The position numbers were made by a program, and so were the translations under genes. From positions 1,903-65,902 of IMG/VR virus record IMGVR_UViG_3300027736_000043: a stretch of DNA of 64,000 nt. The stretch is one strand, 5' to 3'. Positions 45,101-51,131 of this stretch are shown here, in pieces. The stretch is from a virus (lineage: Duplodnaviria; Caudoviricetes). The stretch's first letter is position 1. Each line of letters opens with the position of its first letter. Under the pieces are notes generated by a model. It was not told where the DNA came from, searched no databases, and was given only the letters and a program-made list of their open reading frames with translations.

Positions 45101-45262
45101 GCGGTATATCCACCATTGTTTGCTCCAGTGCCCAACGTAGAAGTCACAATACTAGTGCGTCAGGGGGTAACTTGGTACCAACGTGGAATTACAACACCTA
45201 GTGATGGTATTGCTCTGCAAGATACAAATACTGTTGCTGCAAGGTTTTTACGTGGTTTATAA
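30122..45262 (+). CDS. Giant (5046 aa) virion structural protein: baseplate wedge / fibre-like with propeller and carbohydrate-binding-like modules
   Basis: Follows gp6. FG-GAP-like repeats (FGSAIA, FGYSVAMS, FGHSIAC, FGQSVDI, FGSSINIS, FGATVG), W.....Y..G..V.Y motifs, and VKPYH. Confidence 0.75.
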   Translation: MATVRSVDLLPQIFQTETNKQFLAATLDQLTQEPKFKKTQGFIGRTVGFGVNPNDKYVVEPSAVRKDYQLEPGVVSLVPDTDTIKNAITYPGINDAVSFSGGDGSRPDRLYQSEYYTWDPFVDFDAFVNFSQYFWLPAGPDPVDVAASTIPTTDNFFVTRENGVYTFSGVTGEDPVIDLVRGGNYTFQIAQNNKETVNYRVNNSGTSAYLLDGLRNPTLTLARGNTYVFNLVFDGDFPFWIKTAPVTGLEDIYNTGVTRNGARTGLVTFTVPQDAPDILYYASQTQLNMQGTLNIVDGIAGTGPGFWIQAFPGINGKDPSNPNISSRDVLGVTNNGIDLGTVTFYVPQKTAQDFYYSLTPFGVNSSGTVVTPVDIICDLKFDQVNNQPVDEFLAKYGGIDGTANLNGRTLVFTESQTDAQDGGWQATSFYDPLPQSSSYNAITGSYDTTTFSQTGEVLPDARYQLWQIKYVTVNNYTYISLSKVADIPILNKFKARYGITYSNTEWYKKTDGTFERMPLLTAAQDTLYYQDGTDPEIFGRIRLIDQTADTTLFIDTILDKPSYTSPNGVVFTNGLKVKFIGDVSPATYASGTSSLTVTAAQPGSNYLTTESTANLYIGEKLIFIDSIGGVVPGTYYVQSLAANGIQFSISTQKGGGAYPLTLGSTSALAIAISDLEYYVSGVGTAIKLLPVEIFSTPESYVVDANDSTIYIEPDTTDYLTINRAGQDRNAWSRSNRWFHSDVINATAKYNNTIATFDNNYRAKRPIIQFRADIRLWNMGTNGKNPVDIIDFSQTDAFSNVEGSTGYSVDGYTLIDGSRVIFAADTDQNVKNKIYVVSFIVPDTVAPLIAQPVISLTPAQDGEVLADQCTVCLYGDVSPGVTFWFDGTTWIEAQQKTSVQQAPLFNVYNPAGYSFGDQTKYQSSTFAGSKLFSYAVGDTGIIDPILQFPLQYLNINNVGDIVFVNDLYKDTFLYVVDNASVTLDISSGSVREYTTRDTYQRLIGWQTAATPTQDYQQFKFTYTGATLKLDVAVNAPVNNTPAIKVYAGSEFQAPDTYSYLTTSNSTTITLNKTYVPGDIIEVLVLSDQTSSAAFYQVPINLENNPLNGNSAEFTLGTIRTHYETICENLLTVSGPVNGSNNTRDLGNLVPYGLTILQQSAPLTLAGYFLRSPDYNIFASLSFADREYNKYKYQLLDAVTKQNIGFDSIGQVLDIAIQDVTLGRVETQPFYWSDMLPSGAVYTTTTYTIGYTNTGSFDTVQVYNYTSANYLGMNVYLGEVLLVRDRDYIVATDAPRITVLIDLAVGSKLILQEYSATYGSFAPNTPTKLGLYPAFVPQVITQRTSNGNVQVTQGHDGSITPLFNDIRDQVLLEFETRIYNNLKLDGNPVPLTIDDVLPGQFRNTGFSYSEITQILNQDFLNYVGANKLDYRTQDFRAANEFTWNYSSTKNKLSNSENLLGAWRGINRYFYDTEQPQYTPWEMLGFSKKPLWWENAYGPAPYTGDNLVLWDDLAAGYVADPIQPYFLPEYARPASISSTDEPPRGGIWGPGPYPSLAPIIPTGDEGQLLSPFNTVMGTYNNAQFQKSWAPGDGGPVEASWWNSSSYPFAVMHVLAVTRPAKFFALFADRDLYRYNVEFGQYLLNDRYRLDANGVEVYGNGVSKASYIDWIVDYNRQSGINSTDVLTADLANLDVRLCYRMASFSDKQYIKLYTEKSSPNSTNNTLLIPDESYNLLLYKNQPFDRTSYSSVVVQNVSGGYAVFGYSTSQPYFKVLASNSSGQLRTISSGGATVRVPTFYTNNVVEVPYGFIFANETSVCDFLLSYEKLLEQQGITFTNRANGYLLDWNQMCQEFLYWSQQGWGENALLNLNPLAAKLTVTREQAVVDSIVVQAIDNVLLDQNNRELPTRNLNITRINNTFTCEPLTTQTLSFIDLKYTSYEHMIVLDNQSVFGDLIYQPITGARQSRLILIASNTSDWTGQIDTPGFILNQNNVEEWSGLKRYTKGQIVKYKNVYWSALNIVQPSEKFNFNEWTQSDYTQIELGLLPNLANKANQLSNSYNINSANLESDNDLLSYGLIGFRPRQYMAALNLDDVSQLNVYRQFLGSKGTILSAELFSNANLGKESADYSIYENWAVLRSTYGANANRSFVELKLDRTYLSSNPSLVQVVLPQQTSSADQQILLSNVWKQSYKLTSPDFLPTTTTTPTDIALPTAGYVNLNDADITVFDINDLANIAANLDAIAVGTSIWIAKINDYDWNIYRAQAVLGTIQHVCDNLDGTSRVIFSQAHGLVAGDTLIIKFFDTEVNGVYQVLSVSNLTTLNIAFQFAHKRAVANGTGLGFTLQTMRVAQASDVIDLPYANDIATGAKVWVDNDGNDQWEVIQKQQVFVDSSQISPLLLDAGEQFGSAIAQATARLALFVGSPRYGFSGSTQKGAVYVYVKNAGDQYAPVSPIADADGILTLDRTGVLGYGNAIDFGNQTWAVAGASKSLGPSSETNNGYAAVIYRDPALGQPGVNPFANWQLLTLPGTTTSTTPGAGEFGYSVAMSLDERWMYIGAPGLNTVYAYGRVTWEDQIVTILGDGVTKQYTIGSAIQINNSSQLKILIDGQVQTTGYSIDAAFDKVTFTTAPDSGALIKFQRINTQQLDAQTYYDVSQTSTTGTGTGAKFTIIRVRGQVGQPGATSGGVGATSLGLGYVVGNTITIAGASFGGTNNIVLTVTSIGTGGTLGNFNIAYTAPTLATVFSLNEYFFTATNIYSFSITVDGVLYRPNIDYTFDTVTQDLTFTGTGPAAGTVIIAKAQSYFTYVNSITASGLAAGDRFGHSIACTTDGRQVVIGTPYSTQSTNAEAGSVYIVDRNVQRFIYGSDGSTVTFTLLGTPVAPVSVIVNNVFLTNQTDSVIGAPNTFYWNGANTVTVNADLQYGDVIEIETNQFAQIQKITQNTVANYSNFGQSVDICPYNCSLYVGVPQSSTQIYKGGVVERDVNQSRVYGTITSTVANAALAAGNTVRVNNMDVAVPTTWSSLSSYYKNDVVYNLSGSTYTIYVALQDVPAATLLTNVSYWKSVTTTIVAASIYVRALAAQINSTVPNVIATVDVSGYLTISVKNNNAAPAFNKLQVAPGSVGSAFTTLAFNTFAFTQTIFSPYPVKYAAFGSSINISDSATTLVVGAPNGTLYLITIFDDGYTDFDADSTTFITTVDNSGAVYTYDYLPGANMSVSNPGKFLFGQQINNSEINALDSFGATVGYVDGILVAGAPNNDVGDSTANYGRVFLFENPTRNAAWTVIRQQQPVVDISLLNGVFSYDRITSATTQFFDFFDPLQGKILGAARQNIDYISGIDPANYNIGPSGINGATWWAGHVGEVWWNVSTVRFIDPNQDDITYASRRWGQVFPGSSVDIYQWILSTVPPASYTGPGVPYSTSSYSINTRLNQNGIFATEYYFWVRGITTTAVQEGKTLSVATVAQYIENPRASGITYMAPINASTIALYNAAEYIVASDTVINISFDRQATESNVHTEYELIAEGKPDAFLSTNLYRKLQDSFCGVDTFGNNVPDPNLSPAERYGVQFRPRQSMFVDRFDALKNYLTRVNAVLARFVISESRSFNLLNSSEPEPSAATGLWNLRVANLEILGFQNIYTVPLGYRYLVVNDSNNRGLWTIYTVVASDQTAGERQLLLSFVQGYNTADYWSYIDWYLPGYNSSTKALAEVPNKAGLKTLGLPVGSSVRVTANSQGKWEIYLLTNTGWERVGLQDGTIAFSAELWDYQIGRFGFDLEVFDAQYYDQEPVTETRKIIQAINEELLIDDLAIERNLALTLMFNYVLSEFSAPEWLVKTSLIDVDHRIRDLVPYQNYRRDNQEFVIDYIQEVKPYHVQLREFNLRYNGFDQYQGSLTDFDVPAYYNTSLPVPQYTSPILLPYEHGNSDVANFLSDLPSNSVVWSEFPYNQWYNNYLLTLTGVTIVDGGTGYTEPPLVIVGDAWTSNTAVSINQQLFYVNNNVTNLYTVVANGTTSTEPPTFTTNGSQTNGTAILTYAGIAATATAVISSLGQIVAINVTSSDAVYRSTPSISFDGGGGGGSGARAYAVITPGLARSFKTTIKYDRFQYFSDVRDWSSSGTYQDGQLVRYDDRVWQAASADSTAVVGPEFNTEDWTLIPARDLTGVDRTMGMYVPGVNQPGLELPLLIDGVDYPGVQVYGNYFLGTTPNDAAYASSFTDTTLGETFSSINVDGGEFVGLYEGHAPEELVNGAEFDTLDMRVYTRPGADWNRDGHGFQMADKRYLYTAAVTNVFSWAGLVENPVEISVVNTTTNLPLSLNIDYTIDWILQTITVLTVADSNIISITAYELGGGSQLYRGNFVGTGAQTTIIPVNAAEIISLAIFVNGTITSGATWTSYVASTDWNQLTSYSYQDIVNVNDGSSAETYYRALKDVPAGIEITNAAYWLEYVPTLQSIVNFGTVYNSTDEIALVAFGVSTIDAGYFVIGRQYTITNVGTTDFVAIGAGANTIGTVFTASGVGSGTGKASTSYSWSTPQTQYIVADANFVTFKTTTLTNSLQGSNLASMIVTRNGLRLQPPEGREWISDGSSLAFALPTRGGYSQAIINATTDVIVWVDNILQQQSIGGVPGAYSVTPYVAANDRDVVFNVPPPAGAIILIAVTTQSGYQLAGNSLQIISGVNLNDLFTVTTFNDTSQLNPLTLVFNGPVVTGVEESDPFDPLPNDAAYNNQPGSYDYATVTDTQWSFSYSKGAAVYDNQFWLERANVNPARLWVTLDGYALTNSIDYTVEGEYLILASGPIKSNQIMVITEITNSVVPEAMAFRIFQDMRGVQATYRITPATTTILTQPLSATDNVMYVENVLALGHPNLDAGVFGVCTVNGERIMYRDIDLETNTIIGLMRGTAGTAAADHATGAAVYDLSRGNLLQSSYQDYIVSDTSVGDGSTTVFYAPSIAVDTFADSSSEAPAIEVYVGGTRQYAYSDTTATSQYRWFVTDFDPLAVDFVVDDAVYPPLFAPVPNVEVTILVRQGVTWYQRGITTPSDGIALQDTNTVAARFLRGL

Positions 45263-45266
45263 ACAA

Positions 45267-45274
45267 GGTAAATA
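45267..45274 (+). promoter_or_regulatory. Late promoter GGTAAATA
   Basis: GGTAAATAAAATATCATGCCA is 20/21 identical to the portal start region. Confidence 0.6.
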
Positions 45275-45281
45275 AAATATC

Positions 45282-45431
45282 ATGCCAACTACAACGCCAA
45301 TCAAGCCAGTCACGCCTGTACCAGCACCTCGGGCGACCAAACCCAACGAAAATGGGACAATTTCGGTACAAGCACACATGAGGATTTATGATCCCAAAAC
45401 ACAAAAAACTTATGTGGAGGGACGAGCATGA
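45282..45431 (+). CDS. Small 49-aa protein resembling the N-terminus of the downstream gene
   Basis: Below the ORF-track cutoff. MPTTTPIKPVTPVPAPRATKPNENGTISVQAHMRIYDPKTQKTYVEGRA*, with a late promoter upstream and an ATGA overlap downstream. Confidence 0.7.
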   Translation: MPTTTPIKPVTPVPAPRATKPNENGTISVQAHMRIYDPKTQKTYVEGRA

Positions 45432-46033
45432 TCACGCCCGGACTGTGCAAAATTGAAGGTTTTGTCAAGATATATGACCCAAATTCTGGCGAAGTTTTGG
45501 TAGACAAAAAAAATGCTATTCATTATGAAAACATTTCTATTGCCATGGCACAGACATTGAGCAATAGAGATTTGGGTTACATCTATTTGATGGCATTTGG
45601 TAACGGTGGCAGTTCGGTTGACCCTACTGGAGTAATCACATATTTGCCCCCGAATACCACAGGGCAAAATGCAGATCTTTACAATCAAACTTACCAAAAA
45701 GTAGTAGATGACAATTCAGCTGCTGACACAGATCCCGAAAATAATAAAATGACAGTTTTGCACACATCTGGAAATCTGTATACTGATATTTTGGTCAGTT
45801 GTTTGCTGGACTACGGCGAACCTCCAACTCAGCAGGCCTTTGATAATTCAACCAATTTCAATGGCGAATATGTGTTTGATGAGTTAGGACTTAAATCTTG
45901 GAACGGATCATCAAGTAATCTTCGATTGATTACCCATGTGATTTTTCACCCGGTGCAAAAAAGTCTAAACCGGCAAATTCAAATAGACTACACACTGAGA
46001 ATTCAGACATTGAATAACATCAATGCTGTATAA
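45428..46033 (+). CDS. Virion structural protein (baseplate / fibre-attachment-like)
   Basis: MAFGNGG...FDELGL...LITHVIFHPVQKS..R.IQIDYTL, in a structural gene context. Confidence 0.6.
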   Translation: MITPGLCKIEGFVKIYDPNSGEVLVDKKNAIHYENISIAMAQTLSNRDLGYIYLMAFGNGGSSVDPTGVITYLPPNTTGQNADLYNQTYQKVVDDNSAADTDPENNKMTVLHTSGNLYTDILVSCLLDYGEPPTQQAFDNSTNFNGEYVFDELGLKSWNGSSSNLRLITHVIFHPVQKSLNRQIQIDYTLRIQTLNNINAV

Positions 46034-46036
46034 ATA
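46029..46036 (+). promoter_or_regulatory. Consensus T4 late promoter TATAAATA
   Basis: Exact match upstream of the fibre gene, with AGGA/AGGT RBS-like sequences. Confidence 0.7.
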
Positions 46037-46061
46037 TTGATAACAGGAACAGGTAATTCAA

Positions 46062-49000
46062 ATGGCATATACAATCAATCTAACTAACGGGTCAATCTTT
46101 GCTACCATACCAGATGGCACCGTTAACACTGCTAGTAGCATGACACTGGTGGGCAAAAACTATGCCGGCTACGGTGAATTTTTAGACGAAAACTTTATTC
46201 ACCTGCTGGAAAATGCTTCAAATACCACTGCACCCGGATCACCTCTTACTGGGCAACTATGGTGGGACAGTACTAATGCATTGATGAAAGTATATAACGG
46301 TACTGCATTCAAAGTCATGACTGGGTCTACTTCGGCAGCCACAGCACCTAGCAATGTTATCACTGGTGATTTGTGGTGGGATACTACCAACGCACAATTG
46401 AAAGTTTATAACGGCGCATCTTGGACTGTGGTTGGGCCAGCTTATACTTCTGCTGAAGGAACTGCTGGTGCAATTCCTGAAACAATCACTGACTCAGGAG
46501 CCACACCACACTACGTAACCAGCTTGTATGTAAACAATACTCGCGTGGCCATTGTGAGCAAAGATTCTAGTTTTACTCCCTCCGCTCCTACTGTTACCAC
46601 ATTCCCTACCATATACAACGGTATCACTTTGTACAACACTGGTTCTCCAGTGTATGCAGGATCAGCAACCAATGCACAATTGTTAGATAATTTAGATAGC
46701 ACCGACTTCATGCGTGCTACTGCTAACACATCAACCACTGGTACACTGGCAGTACTAAACAATAGCGGACTTACTGTGGGTGCTGCAAATGTGTTTGCAG
46801 TCAATACCACTACTACAGATGCCAACATCAAAAGCAACATCTCCAATGGTAATTTGGTAATACAAGCCAACGTCGGCGGCATCACATACAATGTGGCAAG
46901 AGCTGTGGGCAGCACTGGTGTATTTGCAGTATCAAACGCTATGACTGCAGGTACCACTGTATCAGCTGTGGGCAATGTAACTGGCGGTAATATCACCACA
47001 GCAGGACAAGTTTCTGCTACTGCTAATATTAGCGGTGGCAATGTTATTTCTGCAGCGGCAGTATCTGGTGTTTCTCTAGTTTCTTCTGGCAACGTTGACA
47101 GCGGTAACTTGCGTACCAGCGGATTGGTCAGTTCAGCAGGCAACATCACCTCAGCAGCCAACGTAGCAGGTACATATTTTATTGGTAATGGTTCAGCATT
47201 GACTGGATTGAGTTTGGGTGTTAGTGTTACCAAGTTTGTCAACGGCACTAGTGAAGGTAATGTTGGCGCCAGTGGCGGCAATATCAACTTCAATGTGGGC
47301 GGCGTAAGTAACGTGGTTGTAATTGATACCACTACCTTGTACACCAATGTGGTAAGCGCACAAAGCATTACCAAATCTGGAACCAATGCTGTTGGTAATA
47401 TTGGATCTAGCACACAGTTTTTTAACACAGTATTTGGTAATATTTACAATGGTACTATTGTCAGTGTAGCAGGCAATATAACTGGCAGTAACATTAATAC
47501 TGGTGGATTGATCAGTGCAACTGGCAACGTTATTGGTGGTAATATCAATGGTGGGGCGAATGTCAATGCTACCAGTTTGACTGGTACTGTAGTAAGTGTG
47601 AGTGGTAATATTACTGCTGGTAACGTATCAGGTGGCGGTACTGTTACTGCTACCAGTCTAACAGGTACTACTGTCAGTGTTAGTGGTAATATTACTAGTG
47701 GTAACTTGAATGCTGCCGGATTAAGTCTCAGTTCAAATGTGGTCAGTGCATTGAATTCAACTTCGGCTATCACAACCAGTGCAAACATAACTGGTGGTAA
47801 TATACTAACAAGTGGGTTAATAAGTGCTGCTGGCAATATCACAGGCGGCAATGTGCTGGGCGGTGCCAATGTCAATGCAACCACACACACAGGTACCACA
47901 GTTAGTGTAAGTGCAAATATTACAGGTGGTAACATATTAACAGGTGGGTTGATATCTGCAGGTGCTAACATCTTGACAGGTGGACAAATAAGTGCCACAG
48001 GTAATATTACTACCAGCGGTGTTTTCAATGGAACTTTTGCAGGTAACATATCAGGCAATCTTACAGTGCCTGGTTCTAACACACAAGTGTTGTACAACAG
48101 CACTGGCAATGCAGGCGCAAGTGCAGGGTTCACTTTCAATAGTACTACTAATGCAGTGGTAATAACTGGCAACGTAACTAGTGGCAACTTGTTGACTGGC
48201 GGATTGATTTCAGCAACTGGCGGCATTACTGGCGGCAGTTTTACAACTGGCACCACAGTAATTGCAACAGGTAATATCACAGGTGGCAACTTATTGACTG
48301 CTGGATTGATCAGTGCAACTGGCGGCATCACCGGCGGTAGTTTTGCAACTGGTACCACAGCAAGTGCAGCTGGCAACATCACAGGTGGTAACATCTTAAC
48401 AGGTGGATTGATCAGTGCAACTGGCAACATCACAGCAGGCAATGTATTAGGTGGAGCCAATGTTAATGCAACTACTCATACAGGTACCACAGTTAGTGTA
48501 ACTGGTAATATCACTGGCGGCAACTTGAATGCTGCAGGACTGAGCCTGAGTTCAAATGTGGTCAGTGCATTGGTATCTGCCGCCAACATCACTACTAGTG
48601 CTAATATTTCTGGTAATTATGTACTGGGTAATGGTGCTTTACTAACTGGTGTTATTACCAGTGTGGCCAATATCAACAGCGGCACCAGCAATGTCACAGT
48701 GGTCAGTTCAGGCGGCAATATCACAGTGGGTGTGGCCGGAACTGGTAATGTGGCTGTTTTTGCGTCATCTGGTGAATACGTAACCGGTGTAGTAAGTGCT
48801 AGTGGCAATATCACTGGCGGTAACTTATTAACTGCTGGATTGATCAGTGCCACAGGTAATATTACTACCAGTGGCGTTTTTAATGGAACTTTTGCAGGTA
48901 ACATATCAGGCAATCTTACAGTGCCTGGTTCTAACACACAAGTGTTGTACAACAGCAATGGTAATGCAGGTGCAAGTGCAGGATTTACTTTCAATAGTAC

Positions 49001-49760
49001 TAGCAATGCAGCAGTGGTAACTGGCAACATCACAGGTGGCAACTTATTGACTGCCGGATTGATCTCAGCAACTGGCAGCATTACCGGCGGTAGTTTTGCA
49101 ACTGGCACCACAGCAAGTGCAGCTGGCAACATCACAGGTGGCAACTTGCGTACCGGCGGATTGATCTCAGCAACCGGCGACATCACCGCCGGTAGTTTTA
49201 CAACCGGTACCACAGTAATTGCAACAGGTAACATCACAGGTGGCAACTTAATTACTGGCGGTTTGGTCAGCACTACCAGTATCACTAAAACTGGCAGCAA
49301 TGCTGTTGGTAATATTGGCAGTTCAAGCAACTATTTCAATCAAGTTTTTGCCACAGCTACCACAGCACTATACGCTGACGTTGCTGAACGCTTTGCTGCT
49401 GATGCTGTGCTAGAACCAGGAACAGTGGTTGAATTGGGCGGATCAAAAGAAATTACCCGTGCCATAACTGACCTAAGTGAAAATGTATTTGGGGTTATCA
49501 GCACCAGACCAGCTTATACAATGAATGGCGGTGCAGGCGAAGATGCAACTCATCCAAAAGTTGCCATGACTGGTCGCGTTCCAGTCAACGTTATTGGTAT
49601 AATACGCAAAGGCGATCGATTGGTTTCTGCAGGAGCAGGACTAGCAAGAGCAGCCCAACCGGGCGAAGCTACTGCATTCAACGTAATTGGACGCAGTTTG
49701 GTAGATAAAAATACTACAGAACAAGGTACAGTCGAAGCCATTGTGACCATTAACAATTAA
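46062..49760 (+). CDS. Tail fibre / spike with GNITGGN beta-repeats and a C-terminal autoproteolytic chaperone-like domain
   Basis: N-terminal LVGKNYAGYGE..ENF..LLEN...GQLWWD, many GN(I/V)TGGN repeats, and C-terminal YADVAERF...GVIST.PAY.MN...GRVPV. Confidence 0.8.
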   Translation: MAYTINLTNGSIFATIPDGTVNTASSMTLVGKNYAGYGEFLDENFIHLLENASNTTAPGSPLTGQLWWDSTNALMKVYNGTAFKVMTGSTSAATAPSNVITGDLWWDTTNAQLKVYNGASWTVVGPAYTSAEGTAGAIPETITDSGATPHYVTSLYVNNTRVAIVSKDSSFTPSAPTVTTFPTIYNGITLYNTGSPVYAGSATNAQLLDNLDSTDFMRATANTSTTGTLAVLNNSGLTVGAANVFAVNTTTTDANIKSNISNGNLVIQANVGGITYNVARAVGSTGVFAVSNAMTAGTTVSAVGNVTGGNITTAGQVSATANISGGNVISAAAVSGVSLVSSGNVDSGNLRTSGLVSSAGNITSAANVAGTYFIGNGSALTGLSLGVSVTKFVNGTSEGNVGASGGNINFNVGGVSNVVVIDTTTLYTNVVSAQSITKSGTNAVGNIGSSTQFFNTVFGNIYNGTIVSVAGNITGSNINTGGLISATGNVIGGNINGGANVNATSLTGTVVSVSGNITAGNVSGGGTVTATSLTGTTVSVSGNITSGNLNAAGLSLSSNVVSALNSTSAITTSANITGGNILTSGLISAAGNITGGNVLGGANVNATTHTGTTVSVSANITGGNILTGGLISAGANILTGGQISATGNITTSGVFNGTFAGNISGNLTVPGSNTQVLYNSTGNAGASAGFTFNSTTNAVVITGNVTSGNLLTGGLISATGGITGGSFTTGTTVIATGNITGGNLLTAGLISATGGITGGSFATGTTASAAGNITGGNILTGGLISATGNITAGNVLGGANVNATTHTGTTVSVTGNITGGNLNAAGLSLSSNVVSALVSAANITTSANISGNYVLGNGALLTGVITSVANINSGTSNVTVVSSGGNITVGVAGTGNVAVFASSGEYVTGVVSASGNITGGNLLTAGLISATGNITTSGVFNGTFAGNISGNLTVPGSNTQVLYNSNGNAGASAGFTFNSTSNAAVVTGNITGGNLLTAGLISATGSITGGSFATGTTASAAGNITGGNLRTGGLISATGDITAGSFTTGTTVIATGNITGGNLITGGLVSTTSITKTGSNAVGNIGSSSNYFNQVFATATTALYADVAERFAADAVLEPGTVVELGGSKEITRAITDLSENVFGVISTRPAYTMNGGAGEDATHPKVAMTGRVPVNVIGIIRKGDRLVSAGAGLARAAQPGEATAFNVIGRSLVDKNTTEQGTVEAIVTINN
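47700..49260 (+). repeat. Internal duplications in the fibre gene
   Basis: A block starting agtgccacaggtaatattactacc...cttacagtgcctggttctaacacacaagtgttgtacaacagc occurs at 47991 and 48846 (855 bp apart). NLNAAGLSLSSNVVSAL occurs twice. Confidence 0.9.
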
Positions 49761-49774
49761 ACAGGAATAGAACA

Positions 49775-50770
49775 ATGACTTATTCATCAGGTGGCTTGAT
49801 CCAATCAGCAGACTACAACGGGTTTGTTGGTCCCACTGCCAGTGGCGGCACAGCCAATGCAAACATAAATGATATTTGGGGTGCGGGGTCTGGAGATAAA
49901 GGGTATGGGCAAACTGCGGTGTCTAACTCCAGTGTTGCTGGTACCATTACTGCTACCCAATGGGCCAGCTTGGTCAACACGTTGACCGCGTTGGGCACTC
50001 AAACCAATACTACCATCACGGCAAGATCAGCACCAACCGCCGGCAGCACAATTGGTATTTTATCAGCACTCAACACAGACCTTACGGCTGTTACTACCAA
50101 CAGAGCTAACGCAGTTGCACAAGGCGCACAATATACATCATGGACTGGAACCAACAGTAAAATTGCTGCTACATCAGGTGCTGCTTGGACCATTACATTT
50201 ACAAATACTGTGACATTTGCAAGTGCAGCCGCTGCTCGTTATTTTTTCAATGGAGGCGGGACTATTTCCTTGCTACCTTCCAAAACTAGTACAGGTGCAA
50301 CCGGTGATCCTCCCTGGAATGCTATGGCCACAGCCGCTGGTACAATCGTGTTTAGTGGTATAGCGGCCAGCCATACCATTGCAGGAACTGCATATACCGG
50401 AACTACCAAAATTGGCGGATCAGGAATCAATACCACACTAAGTACAGCTACAGGATTTTATGCATTGACTGCAGGTGCTGCCGCTACTATTATTTTCAAA
50501 CAATTTTCACCCACTGCTCCGTATACTACTGACTTTATACAACACAGTGTGGCACTGGATGCCACTTCGTCAATACTTACATTTACCACGCTTTGGTCGG
50601 CCAACGATTCGGGACCGGGTAATCCTGACCCAATCACAGGCGGAACAGCAGCATCGGGTGCCACTCCTGGTACCGCAGCCTGTACCATTTGTACTTATAA
50701 ACCTCCTAGTTCCACTTACCTGACTACTGCAAGTTGGGGAACTCCAACGGTGGCAGCTACCACAGCTTAA
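49775..50770 (+). CDS. Thr/Ala/Gly-rich virion (fibre-associated) protein
   Basis: GYGQ...ITATQW...TVTF....AARYFFNGGG motif. Last gene before the terminator. Confidence 0.6.
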   Translation: MTYSSGGLIQSADYNGFVGPTASGGTANANINDIWGAGSGDKGYGQTAVSNSSVAGTITATQWASLVNTLTALGTQTNTTITARSAPTAGSTIGILSALNTDLTAVTTNRANAVAQGAQYTSWTGTNSKIAATSGAAWTITFTNTVTFASAAAARYFFNGGGTISLLPSKTSTGATGDPPWNAMATAAGTIVFSGIAASHTIAGTAYTGTTKIGGSGINTTLSTATGFYALTAGAAATIIFKQFSPTAPYTTDFIQHSVALDATSSILTFTTLWSANDSGPGNPDPITGGTAASGATPGTAACTICTYKPPSSTYLTTASWGTPTVAATTA

Positions 50771-50773
50771 CCA

Positions 50774-50799
50774 AAAGGGCCAATTGGCCCTTTACTTTT
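50774..50799 (+). terminator. Intrinsic terminator ending the structural operon
   Basis: AAAGGGCCAATTGGCCCTTT is a perfect palindrome followed by ACTTTT. Confidence 0.7.
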
Positions 50800-50819
50800 G
50801 ATCACATATTGTGTATAAT
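50791..50819 (+). promoter_or_regulatory. Sigma70-type promoter of the glycosyltransferase / radical SAM operon
   Basis: TTTACT-17 nt-TATAAT, 6 nt before ATG 50826. Confidence 0.6.
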
Positions 50820-50825
50820 GTACAC

Positions 50826-51131
50826 ATGGATACAGAAGATTTAATTGCTCATGCTCGATCTAGATTCAATCACGAATCAGCTAGACGACTACTCAAAGAA
50901 AAATATGAGGCTCGAATGTTGTTTGCTCATGCAGGTGGCATGTGGCGCGCTGATCCTGAACTGCTGGTACTATTGGCCACAGTACCTCCTGGTGATGCAG
51001 TAATACTAGATTTGTACGAAAATCCTATCCAGGTCAACCCAGAACTACTACGTGGCCTGGCCATGCAACGATGGCAAGAACAAATGAATGCATGGTTGAT
51101 AGAACACGAACAACTGAACCAGCAACGATGA
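50826..51131 (+). CDS. Hypothetical protein
   Basis: First ORF of the operon, MDTEDL... Start moved from 50811 because the -10 box overlaps that codon region. Confidence 0.65.
   Translation: MDTEDLIAHARSRFNHESARRLLKEKYEARMLFAHAGGMWRADPELLVLLATVPPGDAVILDLYENPIQVNPELLRGLAMQRWQEQMNAWLIEHEQLNQQR

Noticed and set aside
46511-49330. Long minus-strand Pro/Val/Leu-rich ORFs (237-338 aa)
   Set aside because: Antisense mirror of the GNITGG repeats of the fibre gene.
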